Assembly (NCBI GenBank): GCA_043797705.1
Contig: JAZDPJ010000002.1
Span: 20,833-84,832 of the forward strand
Reading direction: 5' to 3'
Origin: an archaeon
GTDB taxonomy: Archaea > Nanobdellota > Nanobdellia > SCGC-AAA011-G17 > GW2011-AR17
DNA: 64,000 bases
Shown here: positions 19,102 through 27,532 of the stretch, in pieces
How positions within the stretch are numbered: position 1 is the stretch's first letter
How the letters are laid out: every line of letters begins with the position of its first letter
Translations under genes and position numbers: made by a program
Notes under the pieces: model-generated
Database searches by the model: none
Told to the model about the DNA's origin: nothing
The model's input: the letters and a program-made list of their open reading frames with translations, nothing else

Positions 19102-19782
19102 TTACTTCTTAACTTCCTCTTTCTTAACAGGGCCAGCAACTTTCTTAGCCTCTTCTTCAGACTTCTTAGCTGCTTCCTTAGCCTCTGTTGCTGCTTCCTG
19201 CTCAGCCTTTCTCTTCGCCGATACACTAGCGTAAGCCAACTGCTCCTTAGCAAGAACCTCTTTCAAAAGAGTTGCTTTCTCAGAAGAAACTTCAGTAACC
19301 TCATTCTTAATAAGACTATCATACTTACCAGAATCAACATCAGCCTCAATTTCCTTAGCAGGCTTACTCTCAACCATGACACCCATAGAATGACAAGAAC
19401 CAATAACAGACTTAACCGCTGACTTAAGATTATTAACAATCATCGCATCTTGCTTCATCAAAGCAATTTTGATAACCTGTTCAATAGCAATATTACCAAC
19501 CTTATTCTCATGAGCAGCACCAGAACCAGTATCAATACCTATCTCCTTCTTAATCAACTGCGAAACAGGAGGAGTACCAACAGTAATCTCAAACTCCTTA
19601 GTCTCAGTATCAACAACCAGCTTAACAGGAACCTTCATTCCTGCAAAAGACTTAGTCTTCTCATTTATCGCCGCAATAACTTCACCAATATTAATCTTCA
19701 ACGGCCCGAGAGCCGGACCCAATGGGGGAGCAGCTGTTGCCTTACCGCCTTCAACCATTACTTCTACCTTTTCTTTGCTCAT
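19102..19782 (-). CDS. rpl11: Ribosomal protein L11 with a Lys/Ala/Glu-rich C-terminal extension
   Basis: MVEGGKATAAPPLGPALGPLKINI... is the L11 N-terminal domain. The last ~60 aa are a low-complexity extension. Confidence 0.85.
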   Translation of the reverse strand: MSKEKVEVMVEGGKATAAPPLGPALGPLKINIGEVIAAINEKTKSFAGMKVPVKLVVDTETKEFEITVGTPPVSQLIKKEIGIDTGSGAAHENKVGNIAIEQVIKIALMKQDAMIVNNLKSAVKSVIGSCHSMGVMVESKPAKEIEADVDSGKYDSLIKNEVTEVSSEKATLLKEVLAKEQLAYASVSAKRKAEQEAATEAKEAAKKSEEEAKKVAGPVKKEEVKK

Positions 19783-20270
19783 TCTTCCTCCTCCTCCTCG
19801 TTTTCCCTTCTAATGACCTTAACAGAATCCAACTTCAAAGTAATCGGTATCGGAACAGCAGCCTCAAGAAGCTCGACAACAACCTCTTCTTTCTGCTCAT
19901 CAATCCTTGAAATCTTAGCTTTCTCCCTCTTGAAAGGGCCTGAAATAATCTCAACAATATCGTTCTTCTTAATGTTAACCTTAACTTTTACCTGCTCCAA
20001 CATTGACTCAATCTCTGCATACCGAACAGGTTTTGAAAGCAAATCCTTAGCATAAGGAACACCATAAAAAGCTTCCTCTGCGCTCTGCCTATCCTTAGCC
20101 TCAACAAAAATATAACCCCTCAAACCATGAGGCCTGACAACACTGTAAACTTCCAATTTTTTCTTGATAGCATTAGCTGTAATAAAATCCATAACCTGCT
20201 CTTCACGATTCGCGGTTGTCTTCAAAGCGAAAATCTGTGATGCTGGTGCCTGCTCTGTTTGTTCTTCCAT
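19779..20270 (-). CDS. spt5: Transcription elongation factor Spt5 (NusG homologue) with KOW domain and acidic tail
   Basis: NGN domain (YIFVEAKDRQ), KOW (KNDIVEIISGPFKREKAKISRI), and an EEEEE tail. In the conserved secE-spt5-rpl11 order. Confidence 0.8.
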   Translation of the reverse strand: MEEQTEQAPASQIFALKTTANREEQVMDFITANAIKKKLEVYSVVRPHGLRGYIFVEAKDRQSAEEAFYGVPYAKDLLSKPVRYAEIESMLEQVKVKVNIKKNDIVEIISGPFKREKAKISRIDEQKEEVVVELLEAAVPIPITLKLDSVKVIRRENEEEEEE

Positions 20271-20271
20271 T

Positions 20272-20463
20272 TTACCAACTAAGCAATTTTCCAAGCATGT
20301 TAATCACGAAACCAATTAACCCAATCAACACCATGCCTGCAGCGGTAACCTTAACTATAATCTTAAACTCCTCTTTTGAAGGTTTCTTTGTCAGTAAAAG
20401 CACTCTTTTACATTCCTTAACAAAGGATTTAGTTTTAATCCCAAGCTCCGCTAACTTACTCAT
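20272..20463 (-). CDS. secE: Preprotein translocase subunit SecE (Sec61 gamma)
   Basis: Single TM helix (VTAAGMVLIGLIGFVINMLG) in a ~63-aa protein in the conserved position. Confidence 0.7.
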   Translation of the reverse strand: MSKLAELGIKTKSFVKECKRVLLLTKKPSKEEFKIIVKVTAAGMVLIGLIGFVINMLGKLLSW

Positions 20464-20509
20464 ATTACAGTCCAAAAACACTAAATCATTTAAAAAGGTT
20501 GTGGTTCTA

Positions 20510-20788
20510 TTAAGAGAATAAACTTGTTAATACATATATGCCTGCCAAAATACCGGAAGCATGAAACATCTGTAAATCCAGCTTTCTTGTTATAACTTTA
20601 TTCCCAATTGAACTAAATTTTTTGAGTTCCCTGTTAAACACGTCTCTATCATCTAAAGTAGTAATATAATCAATATGCTCTTCCAGCTTTTTATCTGTTC
20701 GAGAAACATAATTGAAATACCCATAACCAAGGATGAAATCCTTTGCCTCAAGTTTGTAATAGTCAGTTTTCTGCTCTAAGTTTTCCAT
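20510..20788 (-). CDS. Hypothetical protein
   Basis: 92-aa ORF with a C-terminal TM segment. Confidence 0.3.
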   Translation of the reverse strand: MENLEQKTDYYKLEAKDFILGYGYFNYVSRTDKKLEEHIDYITTLDDRDVFNRELKKFSSIGNKVITRKLDLQMFHASGILAGIYVLTSLFS

Positions 20789-20791
20789 TTC

Positions 20792-21325
20792 TTATTCCCC
20801 TTTAATCCAACGCAACTCATACCCGCCAGTAGCCCTAGAGATATAACTGCCACCTGGTAATTCTAAACAATAAGCAATCTCTTCTTCTCCAAATTTTCTA
20901 AGAATACCTTCAGCTTCTTTTTGAGAAAAATCTAGTTGTATCATTGTAGGGTCCCATGCCCTTTTATGTCTTCCAAGATCTTCAGGAAGCAAACAATCTC
21001 TTAATTTAACTACTTCCTTGCCTTTAGCAGACCAACGAAGAGTCTCATACCAGCAGGCAGTAAACATCTCAGTTTCAAGCCTAACACGAGTCTTCTCCAA
21101 ACCTTCCGGACTAGGAGAACTGAAACTATCGCGGATATCATCCATCAGGATCTTCATGATGCCCTTGTCAGGCTCTACTGAAGAGATTTCCTCTTCAATC
21201 TCCTTAAGTGCACTCTCGTCAATAATATCTACCTGAGGTTCCATCGGCTTCCCTTCCAAAGCAGAGCGAACATAAGGCTCTATCCTTCTACACAAGCTAT
21301 CAAGCTGATCACTGAAATCTTCCAT
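20792..21325 (-). CDS. Hypothetical acidic protein
   Basis: 177-aa ORF with no motif recognised. Confidence 0.35.
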   Translation of the reverse strand: MEDFSDQLDSLCRRIEPYVRSALEGKPMEPQVDIIDESALKEIEEEISSVEPDKGIMKILMDDIRDSFSSPSPEGLEKTRVRLETEMFTACWYETLRWSAKGKEVVKLRDCLLPEDLGRHKRAWDPTMIQLDFSQKEAEGILRKFGEEEIAYCLELPGGSYISRATGGYELRWIKGE

Positions 21326-21374
21326 TAAAAAAGGGATTACTTCGAGGTTGCTTAAAAAGATTGTGGTAATTTAG

Positions 21375-21640
21375 TTTCCGACAAAAGAAACGCATTTAAA
21401 TGATTGGTGCTTTCTATATGTATTCATACTCGATAATGCGGGATTTCACAAAACAGATGTTGTAAAAAGCCTAATAGAAGAACAAAACAAATGGATTGCT
21501 CTTGAATACATCCCGCCATACTCACCAGAACTAAATCCGACTTAAACGAACTGGAAAGTCACAAAAAATGCTGTAACAAAAAATCACAGCATTTCAAAAC
21601 AATCGAATCAATGCAAGAGACACTGGAATCATTTTGGAAA
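21375..21640 (+). mobile_element. IS630/Tc1-mariner-family transposase gene remnant (C-terminal DDE fragment, interrupted by a stop)
   Basis: Translation ...FILDNAGFHKTDVVKSL...WIALEYIPPYSPELNPT*...VTKNAV reproduces the IS630 DDE tail (LDNAxxH ... LPPYSPELNPIE) but is truncated and interrupted by a stop. Confidence 0.55.
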
Positions 21641-21699
21641 GAACATATTTTTATGCAAGACTTTATGCATTATTCATGTCGTTAACTAGTTTAATGGTA

Positions 21700-22299
21700 T
21701 CAGCAGCTTGTGGAGAGTGTGAGGCCGTCCGGTATTTCTGCTTTACTTTTGAAGCACAGCAGGTTCTCTGGTTTTATCTTCTTCGCATATTTGCAGTCGG
21801 GCTTGTAGTAGACTTTGGAGTTTTTGCTTGCTACGTATGCGCATCCTTCTTTCGGATCTTCGCAGGACCATACTCCGAGGTTCTGGCTCTTGGCTATTGC
21901 TTCTGCTTCTTTCAGTTGGTCGTATCTTTTGGTGTCGTCCTTGTATTTGTCGTACACTTTTGCGTAGCCTTCTTTGACTATCTCCTCGTTTATCATCATG
22001 TCGTCTAGGTAGAGGTATCTGAGGTATCTTCCGTACGCTCCTTTGTCTGACTTGTCTCTTTCTGTGTATACTTCCTTGTTTAGTATGAGCTCTTTCAGTC
22101 GGTCTTTGGCTTCTTGGTAGTAGCATTCTCCTGTCTCAGGCGTGTTTATTCCGCTGAATCTTATTCTTTGTCCGTTGTCCAGGTCTAGTGTGTCTCCGTC
22201 TACTACTTTGGTTACTATGTATGGTCCTTCTTTTGTTATGTTACCTGTTGTGCATCCGCTGATTAAAACTATCAACAATAGGAATAGTAGTTTGTTCAT
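21700..22299 (-). CDS. Thermonuclease (staphylococcal-nuclease-like, SNc) lipoprotein
   Basis: Lipobox LISGCTTG, then VVDGDTLDLDNGQRIRFSGINTPE...YGRYLRYLYLD, typical of the SNase fold. Confidence 0.8.
   Translation of the reverse strand: MNKLLFLLLIVLISGCTTGNITKEGPYIVTKVVDGDTLDLDNGQRIRFSGINTPETGECYYQEAKDRLKELILNKEVYTERDKSDKGAYGRYLRYLYLDDMMINEEIVKEGYAKVYDKYKDDTKRYDQLKEAEAIAKSQNLGVWSCEDPKEGCAYVASKNSKVYYKPDCKYAKKIKPENLLCFKSKAEIPDGLTLSTSC
22131..22299. repeat. Direct repeat copy A (5' end of the nuclease gene); partner at 27075-27249
   Basis: About 60 bp are nearly identical (gtttattccgctgaatcttattctttg.ccgttgtccaggtct..tgtgtctccgtcta), followed by ~100 bp that have diverged but still align. Confidence 0.7.
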
Positions 22300-22405
22300 G
22301 TCTTTTGTTTTAGAAATTTGTTCTATATAACTTTAACTTAGTTTTTTTCGGAAGGTTTGCGGTATAGTGAACAATAATCTAAGAAAAATAGTTGGCACAT
22401 AATTC

Positions 22406-23239
22406 TTATCTTACTTTTATTAATTCATTAAGGTTTTCATCAATTTTTTCACAGTCTTTATTTGTTAGTTGGAAATCTGTTGCTTCGTAGTTTTCTCTTA
22501 GGTGATTTACTGATTTAAAGATTGTTACTATATTTTTCTTTGATATTAACCAATTAAGTGTTATTTGTGCTTCTGTTTTTCCGTATTTTTTAGATAGTTT
22601 TGCTAGTATTTTTATTTTTTCTGTGTTTATTTTTCCTCGTCCGAAAGGTTTATGGGCTATAATAAGTATATCGTTGTTTTGGCAGTATTCAATTGTTGAG
22701 AATCTTACACGTTCTGACCAGGGGGAGTAATTTATCTCATTAGCTACTATTTTATTTTTTGTATATTTTTGTGCTTCTTTTATTTGTTCAATATTGAAGT
22801 TACTTACACCTATATTTTTTACTAGTCCTTGTTCTATTAAGAAGTCCATTGATGCCATTGTTTCTTTAAGGGGTATTTCTGGATTGTAATGGTGTATGAG
22901 GTAAAGATCAATATATCCTATCTTTAATCTTTTAAGACTATTTTTGGCTGAGTTAATTACATCTTCGTATTTTAGATTTTTCCCATGTACTTTGGTTGTT
23001 ATTATTAGTTTTGTTCTATCAAATTCTTTGATAGCTTTTCCTAAGAGTTCTTCTGAGTGTCCTCTGCCATATCTTTCTGCTGTATCTATATGTCTAAATC
23101 CTACTTTGATGGCTTTTTTAATTGCACTTATATTTTCTTTATCATGAGCATAATCTGGCTCTCTATTGCCACCCAATCCGTAAGTTCCTATCCCTATTGC
23201 TGGTAGTTTAAAGCCATTTTGGAGTTCTTTGGTTCTCAT
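22406..23239 (-). CDS. Aldo-keto reductase family oxidoreductase
   Basis: LPAIGIGTYGLGG...IDTAERYGRG...IGVSNF are AKR signature blocks. Confidence 0.85.
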   Translation of the reverse strand: MRTKELQNGFKLPAIGIGTYGLGGNREPDYAHDKENISAIKKAIKVGFRHIDTAERYGRGHSEELLGKAIKEFDRTKLIITTKVHGKNLKYEDVINSAKNSLKRLKIGYIDLYLIHHYNPEIPLKETMASMDFLIEQGLVKNIGVSNFNIEQIKEAQKYTKNKIVANEINYSPWSERVRFSTIEYCQNNDILIIAHKPFGRGKINTEKIKILAKLSKKYGKTEAQITLNWLISKKNIVTIFKSVNHLRENYEATDFQLTNKDCEKIDENLNELIKVR

Positions 23240-23371
23240 AGTTTTTAGTTTGTTTGTAATTATATAACTTTTTTGGAGTTGTAAGCGCTTTTTTATCGAA
23301 AAGTTTATAAGCGAGAACTATCGCAAAGTAGTAACAGTTTCTAGCTTTTGAAGCTAGAAGGGAGATAAAAA

Positions 23372-23563
23372 ATGAAACAAATATACCCAAAAAATTCAGA
23401 TAGAAGTTTAGAACCAGTAATTTCCAAGGAAGAACTAAAAGAAGGTCTTAGTAAAAAGGTCAGCAAACTAATAGAGAACGCTACTGAAAAAGTAGGTCTA
23501 GAGTCCAATAGCAAAAACAGACCATATGATTTGAGTTCAGCAGGACCTTATCCGGACTACTAA
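23372..23563 (+). CDS. Small peptide ORF immediately upstream of the rSAM/SPASM gene (candidate precursor peptide)
   Basis: 63 aa with no Cys, ending ...DLSSAGPYPDY. Its stop is 1 nt before the rSAM start. Confidence 0.35.
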   Translation: MKQIYPKNSDRSLEPVISKEELKEGLSKKVSKLIENATEKVGLESNSKNRPYDLSSAGPYPDY

Positions 23564-23564
23564 A

Positions 23565-24614
23565 TTGAATCCGAGAATTGTTTCTGTAATAGCAAAGGTT
23601 ACTGAGAGGTGTAATCTGAACTGCAAGTATTGCCATCTCGATAAAATTAAGTGTAAGGATATGTCAAAAGAAACCCTAAAATCCATACTTGATAATTTTT
23701 CAAGCAAAGATGGTGAATATGTACATTTCAATTGGAGTGGGGGTGAGCCATTGCTCCAAGGAGATCTTTTTTTTGAAGAGGTAAATAGGCTTGTTACTGA
23801 AAAAGGAGCGAATGTTGATTATTCTATCCAAACCAATGGTGTGCTTTTAACAGATGAGAAATTAGAGAAATTAAGAAAGCTAAACTTCAATGTCGGAGTC
23901 AGTTTTGATGGCACCGTAGGTCTGCATGTAAAACAAAGAAGGGTTCCAGAAAAGGTTGCAAAGAGAATTTATGAAACTCTTAAACAAAGGGGCAGGGATA
24001 TGAATAATATAATCTCGGTTTTAACCAGACATGGTCTTGGGATGGAAAAAGAGATATACGATAACCTCAAAGGGTTAGCAAAAAATGCCTCTGTGAATGT
24101 ATATATCCCTACAGGTAATGGCCGTAAGAATTCTTCTGAATTATTGGCTTCTCCAAAAGAAATGGGTAATATGCTTATAAAATTTTATGATTTATGGAGT
24201 CAGGATGAAAGTAATTTTATGTTAAGTCCTTTTACTCGTATTCTCCAGTCTCTAGTTAATCCTAAAGGGAACCATATATGCGAGTATTCTGCAGAGGCAT
24301 GCAATCAAGTTGTAGGGTTGGATCCTGAAGGGAATGTATATTTTTGTGCAAGGGCAACATCTGATCCTAATTTTTATATGGGTAGTTTAAAGACTCAGAG
24401 CTTGGATGAGATATTATCTAATCCCATACGTGAAAAGGTTTATGAGAGGCGTGAGGAGTTGAGAAAAGAATGTAACTGCGAATATTTTGATATTTGTAAT
24501 GGCGGTTGTCCTCAGGAGGCTGCTGTTAATGGAGATTTTTTTAGTAAGACCTACTATTGCGAGTCTAGAAAAATGCTCTTTGATTATATGGTGGGGTCTC
24601 TCAAAAATGAGTAG
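23565..24614 (+). CDS. Radical SAM enzyme with C-terminal SPASM domain (peptide/protein-modifying maturase family)
   Basis: CNLNCKYC matches CxxxCxxC at the N-terminus. The C-terminal Cys-rich SPASM-like region reads C..C...C...CNCEYFDICNGGC...YC. Confidence 0.8.
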   Translation: MNPRIVSVIAKVTERCNLNCKYCHLDKIKCKDMSKETLKSILDNFSSKDGEYVHFNWSGGEPLLQGDLFFEEVNRLVTEKGANVDYSIQTNGVLLTDEKLEKLRKLNFNVGVSFDGTVGLHVKQRRVPEKVAKRIYETLKQRGRDMNNIISVLTRHGLGMEKEIYDNLKGLAKNASVNVYIPTGNGRKNSSELLASPKEMGNMLIKFYDLWSQDESNFMLSPFTRILQSLVNPKGNHICEYSAEACNQVVGLDPEGNVYFCARATSDPNFYMGSLKTQSLDEILSNPIREKVYERREELRKECNCEYFDICNGGCPQEAAVNGDFFSKTYYCESRKMLFDYMVGSLKNE

Positions 24615-25455
24615 AATAGATGATTTAATTGATAGAGAGTCTCTTGAATTTGTTGCAGCTTCAAAAATTTCTTATAATGACTGTTATGTTTTAATGCAAT
24701 CTGGAGAACCAAGGTATTTTTTGAAAAAAACTGGGGAAGCTGAAAAGGAAGCTACTGTATACGAAGTTTTCAAGAAAGCTAAGCTTGGAGAAACTTTAAA
24801 ACTTGTTGATCACGGTACTGATTTTATCTTAACAGAATACTATCCAAACCTTACGGAATACAGCACTGTTTTTGGTACAATCTATGAAATAGCAAGATTT
24901 CATAACGCTGGAATAGAAAATGCAAATTATATAAAAGCAAAGTTGAAAGATTCAAAATTTTTAAATCTTGATAGAACAAGGGCTATTGCCAGAATCAATA
25001 AGCATCCAGAATTGGTTAGAAAATTTTATTCCAACTCAGAGTCTTTAATTAAGTGGATTGAAAAAAATCAAGACCTACCTAAAAATCAAACAAAAATCCT
25101 AGTTCACGGAGATTTTAATGAACATAACCTTGTGAGATCTTCAGATAAAGATTTTATCTTTTTAGATTTTGAATCAGCTATGTATGATTATCCTTCTTGG
25201 GATATTTGCAGACCAATGCTGAATACAGATAGTTTTGAAACTGCAGAAGATCTAGCAAAAGAATATTTAAAGGGCAGAGGCATAAAATCAAACTTAACAG
25301 AAGATTTAGTTAAAATAAAAGTTGATTGTGTACTTAAGTATGTAAGCCTCGGACTTACAGTACTACTGAGAGATACACCTCAGATAAGGGCAAGGAGAGA
25401 TTGGTACCTATCAAAAACAAGTAACTTTATTGGGAGGATAATAGATGAGATTTGA
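24607..25455 (+). CDS. Aminoglycoside/choline-kinase-like phosphotransferase (APH family)
   Basis: Brenner motif LVHGDFNEHNL plus a DFE Mg site. Start taken at the Met overlapping the rSAM stop by 8 nt. Confidence 0.65.
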   Translation: MSRIDDLIDRESLEFVAASKISYNDCYVLMQSGEPRYFLKKTGEAEKEATVYEVFKKAKLGETLKLVDHGTDFILTEYYPNLTEYSTVFGTIYEIARFHNAGIENANYIKAKLKDSKFLNLDRTRAIARINKHPELVRKFYSNSESLIKWIEKNQDLPKNQTKILVHGDFNEHNLVRSSDKDFIFLDFESAMYDYPSWDICRPMLNTDSFETAEDLAKEYLKGRGIKSNLTEDLVKIKVDCVLKYVSLGLTVLLRDTPQIRARRDWYLSKTSNFIGRIIDEI

Positions 25456-26176
25456 AATGTCTAAAATTAAGAATTTTGTATTTTTCTTGTATATCGCTAA
25501 TAAGGACCATAAGGGTTTGAAAGCATGGGAAGAAGCTAGACATATACTTGGAGATTTTTATCTAGATAATTGTAATGTTAAGGTGCTTCCTTATTTGATG
25601 ACTCTTTCAGATGAAGTTCTTGAGTCTGTTTTAGTAGATGACCCTGCTTTGAAGGAGCATTATGATCGCTCTTTTGCTAGGTTTAGTGAGTATTTTGATA
25701 AGAACGTTAGGCTTCTTGAAAAACGTAAGGGGGAACTTAAGAAAGCGTGGTCTAATTTTGATAAGAGCAAACTTGAGGTTATGTACGATTTTTATGGTTC
25801 TGAGAAGAAAGAGCCTAAAGTGGTTTACTTGTTTGCTGGAAACTTTCATGATCAAGGTCTTGGTTACCATTACCATGGACACGCTTTTTTGTTTTGTTCC
25901 AATCTTGGAAAAGAGGGTGTGACTCGGGATTTAAGGATACTTATGCACGAATTCTGCCATCTTATAGAACATAATTTAGGTGTGGAAGATAAAAATCTCA
26001 AGCAGAATATAGCTTTCTGTTTTGCGCCTTACGGGTATTTGTTTGAGGATTTGGAGAAGATACAGAATAAGGAATTATACTTGGTTGTGAAAAAAGCTAT
26101 TCAAAATAGGAAGACTTTCAAAGATATTGAATCAGAGATTGTAAAGATTTACTCTAAGAAGGATGGAACTTATTAA
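25445..26176 (+). CDS. HExxH-motif protein (putative zinc metallopeptidase)
   Basis: RILMHEFCHLIEH. Overlaps the kinase gene by 11 nt. Confidence 0.45.
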   Translation: MRFEMSKIKNFVFFLYIANKDHKGLKAWEEARHILGDFYLDNCNVKVLPYLMTLSDEVLESVLVDDPALKEHYDRSFARFSEYFDKNVRLLEKRKGELKKAWSNFDKSKLEVMYDFYGSEKKEPKVVYLFAGNFHDQGLGYHYHGHAFLFCSNLGKEGVTRDLRILMHEFCHLIEHNLGVEDKNLKQNIAFCFAPYGYLFEDLEKIQNKELYLVVKKAIQNRKTFKDIESEIVKIYSKKDGTY

Positions 26177-26248
26177 TTTAAAAAAAATTTATCTAAATTG
26201 GGTAGAAATTGCATTAGAATCCGGAAAAGATGCTGCTAACCATCAGGT

Positions 26249-26995
26249 ATGAAAATGGAACTAAAGGTAATGACCAATAATATCTGGAGATATTATGAAT
26301 GGGAAAACCGAAAAGAGAAACTAATTAAATTTTTTAAAGAACAAGCTGCTGATGTAGTTTTCTTACAAGAAGTAGTTTTTGATGAAAGAAAGAAGTGGGA
26401 AAATCAAGTTCATGAAATTAACGAAGAATTGAATTACAAATATTTTGCTTTTGGAAAGTTAACTCAATTAACTAATTGGCATAAAGAACCTATTGATTGG
26501 ACTATGTACCTTGGTCTCGGGATACTTTCAAGGCACCCAATAAAACATTCAGGAGTTATTCTCTTACCAATACATAAAGAGCATGGCGATAAAAAGCAAC
26601 TAGGATTTCATCATGTAGTTATTGAGACTCCTGAAGGAGATGTTGATTTAATCAATGTTCACTTTTCTAATAATAACATATCCGCTAAGTTACATTTGAA
26701 AGAAACTTTGAAATGGTGTAAAGAAAAAGGGATTAAACCAATAATTGCAGGAGATTTTAACATAAAAATTGTTAAAGATTTGTTAGGTGAAGCTCAAGAA
26801 GATTATCATATTTCATACTCAATTAAGCATTACAAATCATTCTATCCAACAAAATTTTCTCATGACTCAGTACCAATAACTCTAGACTATATAATTGCAC
26901 ATAAAGGTAAGTTTGAAATGGCCGAAGTGGAATGTATAGATACTGATGTTTCAGACCATAAACCTGTAAAAGCAAATATTGAAATAAAGGAATAA
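26249..26995 (+). CDS. Endonuclease/exonuclease/phosphatase (EEP) family protein
   Basis: Conserved N-terminal Asn/Glu region (MTNNIW...FLQE), internal GDFN, and C-terminal SDHKPV motif. Confidence 0.7.
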   Translation: MKMELKVMTNNIWRYYEWENRKEKLIKFFKEQAADVVFLQEVVFDERKKWENQVHEINEELNYKYFAFGKLTQLTNWHKEPIDWTMYLGLGILSRHPIKHSGVILLPIHKEHGDKKQLGFHHVVIETPEGDVDLINVHFSNNNISAKLHLKETLKWCKEKGIKPIIAGDFNIKIVKDLLGEAQEDYHISYSIKHYKSFYPTKFSHDSVPITLDYIIAHKGKFEMAEVECIDTDVSDHKPVKANIEIKE

Positions 26996-27074
26996 CTCTT
27001 TCCAAAATCTTATAGATAAAACCTGAGGTCTTGGGTTTTAATGGTTACAAAAATCGAGTAGTTCTTTACTTAAC

Positions 27075-27248
27075 TTAGACTATGTTGTTGTTTATTCCGC
27101 TGAATCTTATTCTTTGCCCGTTGTCCAGGTCTGCTGTGTCTCCGTCTATCACATAAGTTACGAGGTATGGCCCTTCCTTAGTGACATTACCTGTTGTGCA
27201 TCCGCTGAGGGATAGTACAAGCAATATTAGTGCTATTATTTTTTTCAT
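27075..27248 (-). pseudogene. Truncated duplicate of the thermonuclease 5' end (signal peptide plus first ~35 mature residues, then stop)
   Basis: Encodes MKKIIALILLVLSLSGCTTGNVTKEGPYLVTYVIDGDTADLDNGQRIRFSGINNNIV*. This parallels 21700-22299 up to ...RIRFSGIN, where the homology ends. Confidence 0.6.
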
Positions 27249-27334
27249 AGAAGCTGTTCTAGAATTTGTTTTTTATAAGTTGTACTTAGAAATTTTCGTA
27301 AGTTTTATAAAATACTGGTTTTTACTTTCGAGGT

Positions 27335-27532
27335 ATGACTGATTTAGAGTATAGGATATGCCCGAAGGATCATGCGGTTTGGTATTCTAGTGAGAATTAC
27401 GCGCAGGACTTTTCTGATGGGAATGTTGATGTTATGACTTTGCAGCCTATGTATGAGCCAGGTTTGTATTGCTCTCAGTGCGGCAGGGCTTATGGCATTA
27501 GCAAGCTGAAGGATCCTGAGATTAAAAAATAA
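27335..27532 (+). CDS. Hypothetical small zinc-ribbon-like protein
   Basis: 65 aa with C..H...CSQC. Confidence 0.3.
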   Translation: MTDLEYRICPKDHAVWYSSENYAQDFSDGNVDVMTLQPMYEPGLYCSQCGRAYGISKLKDPEIKK

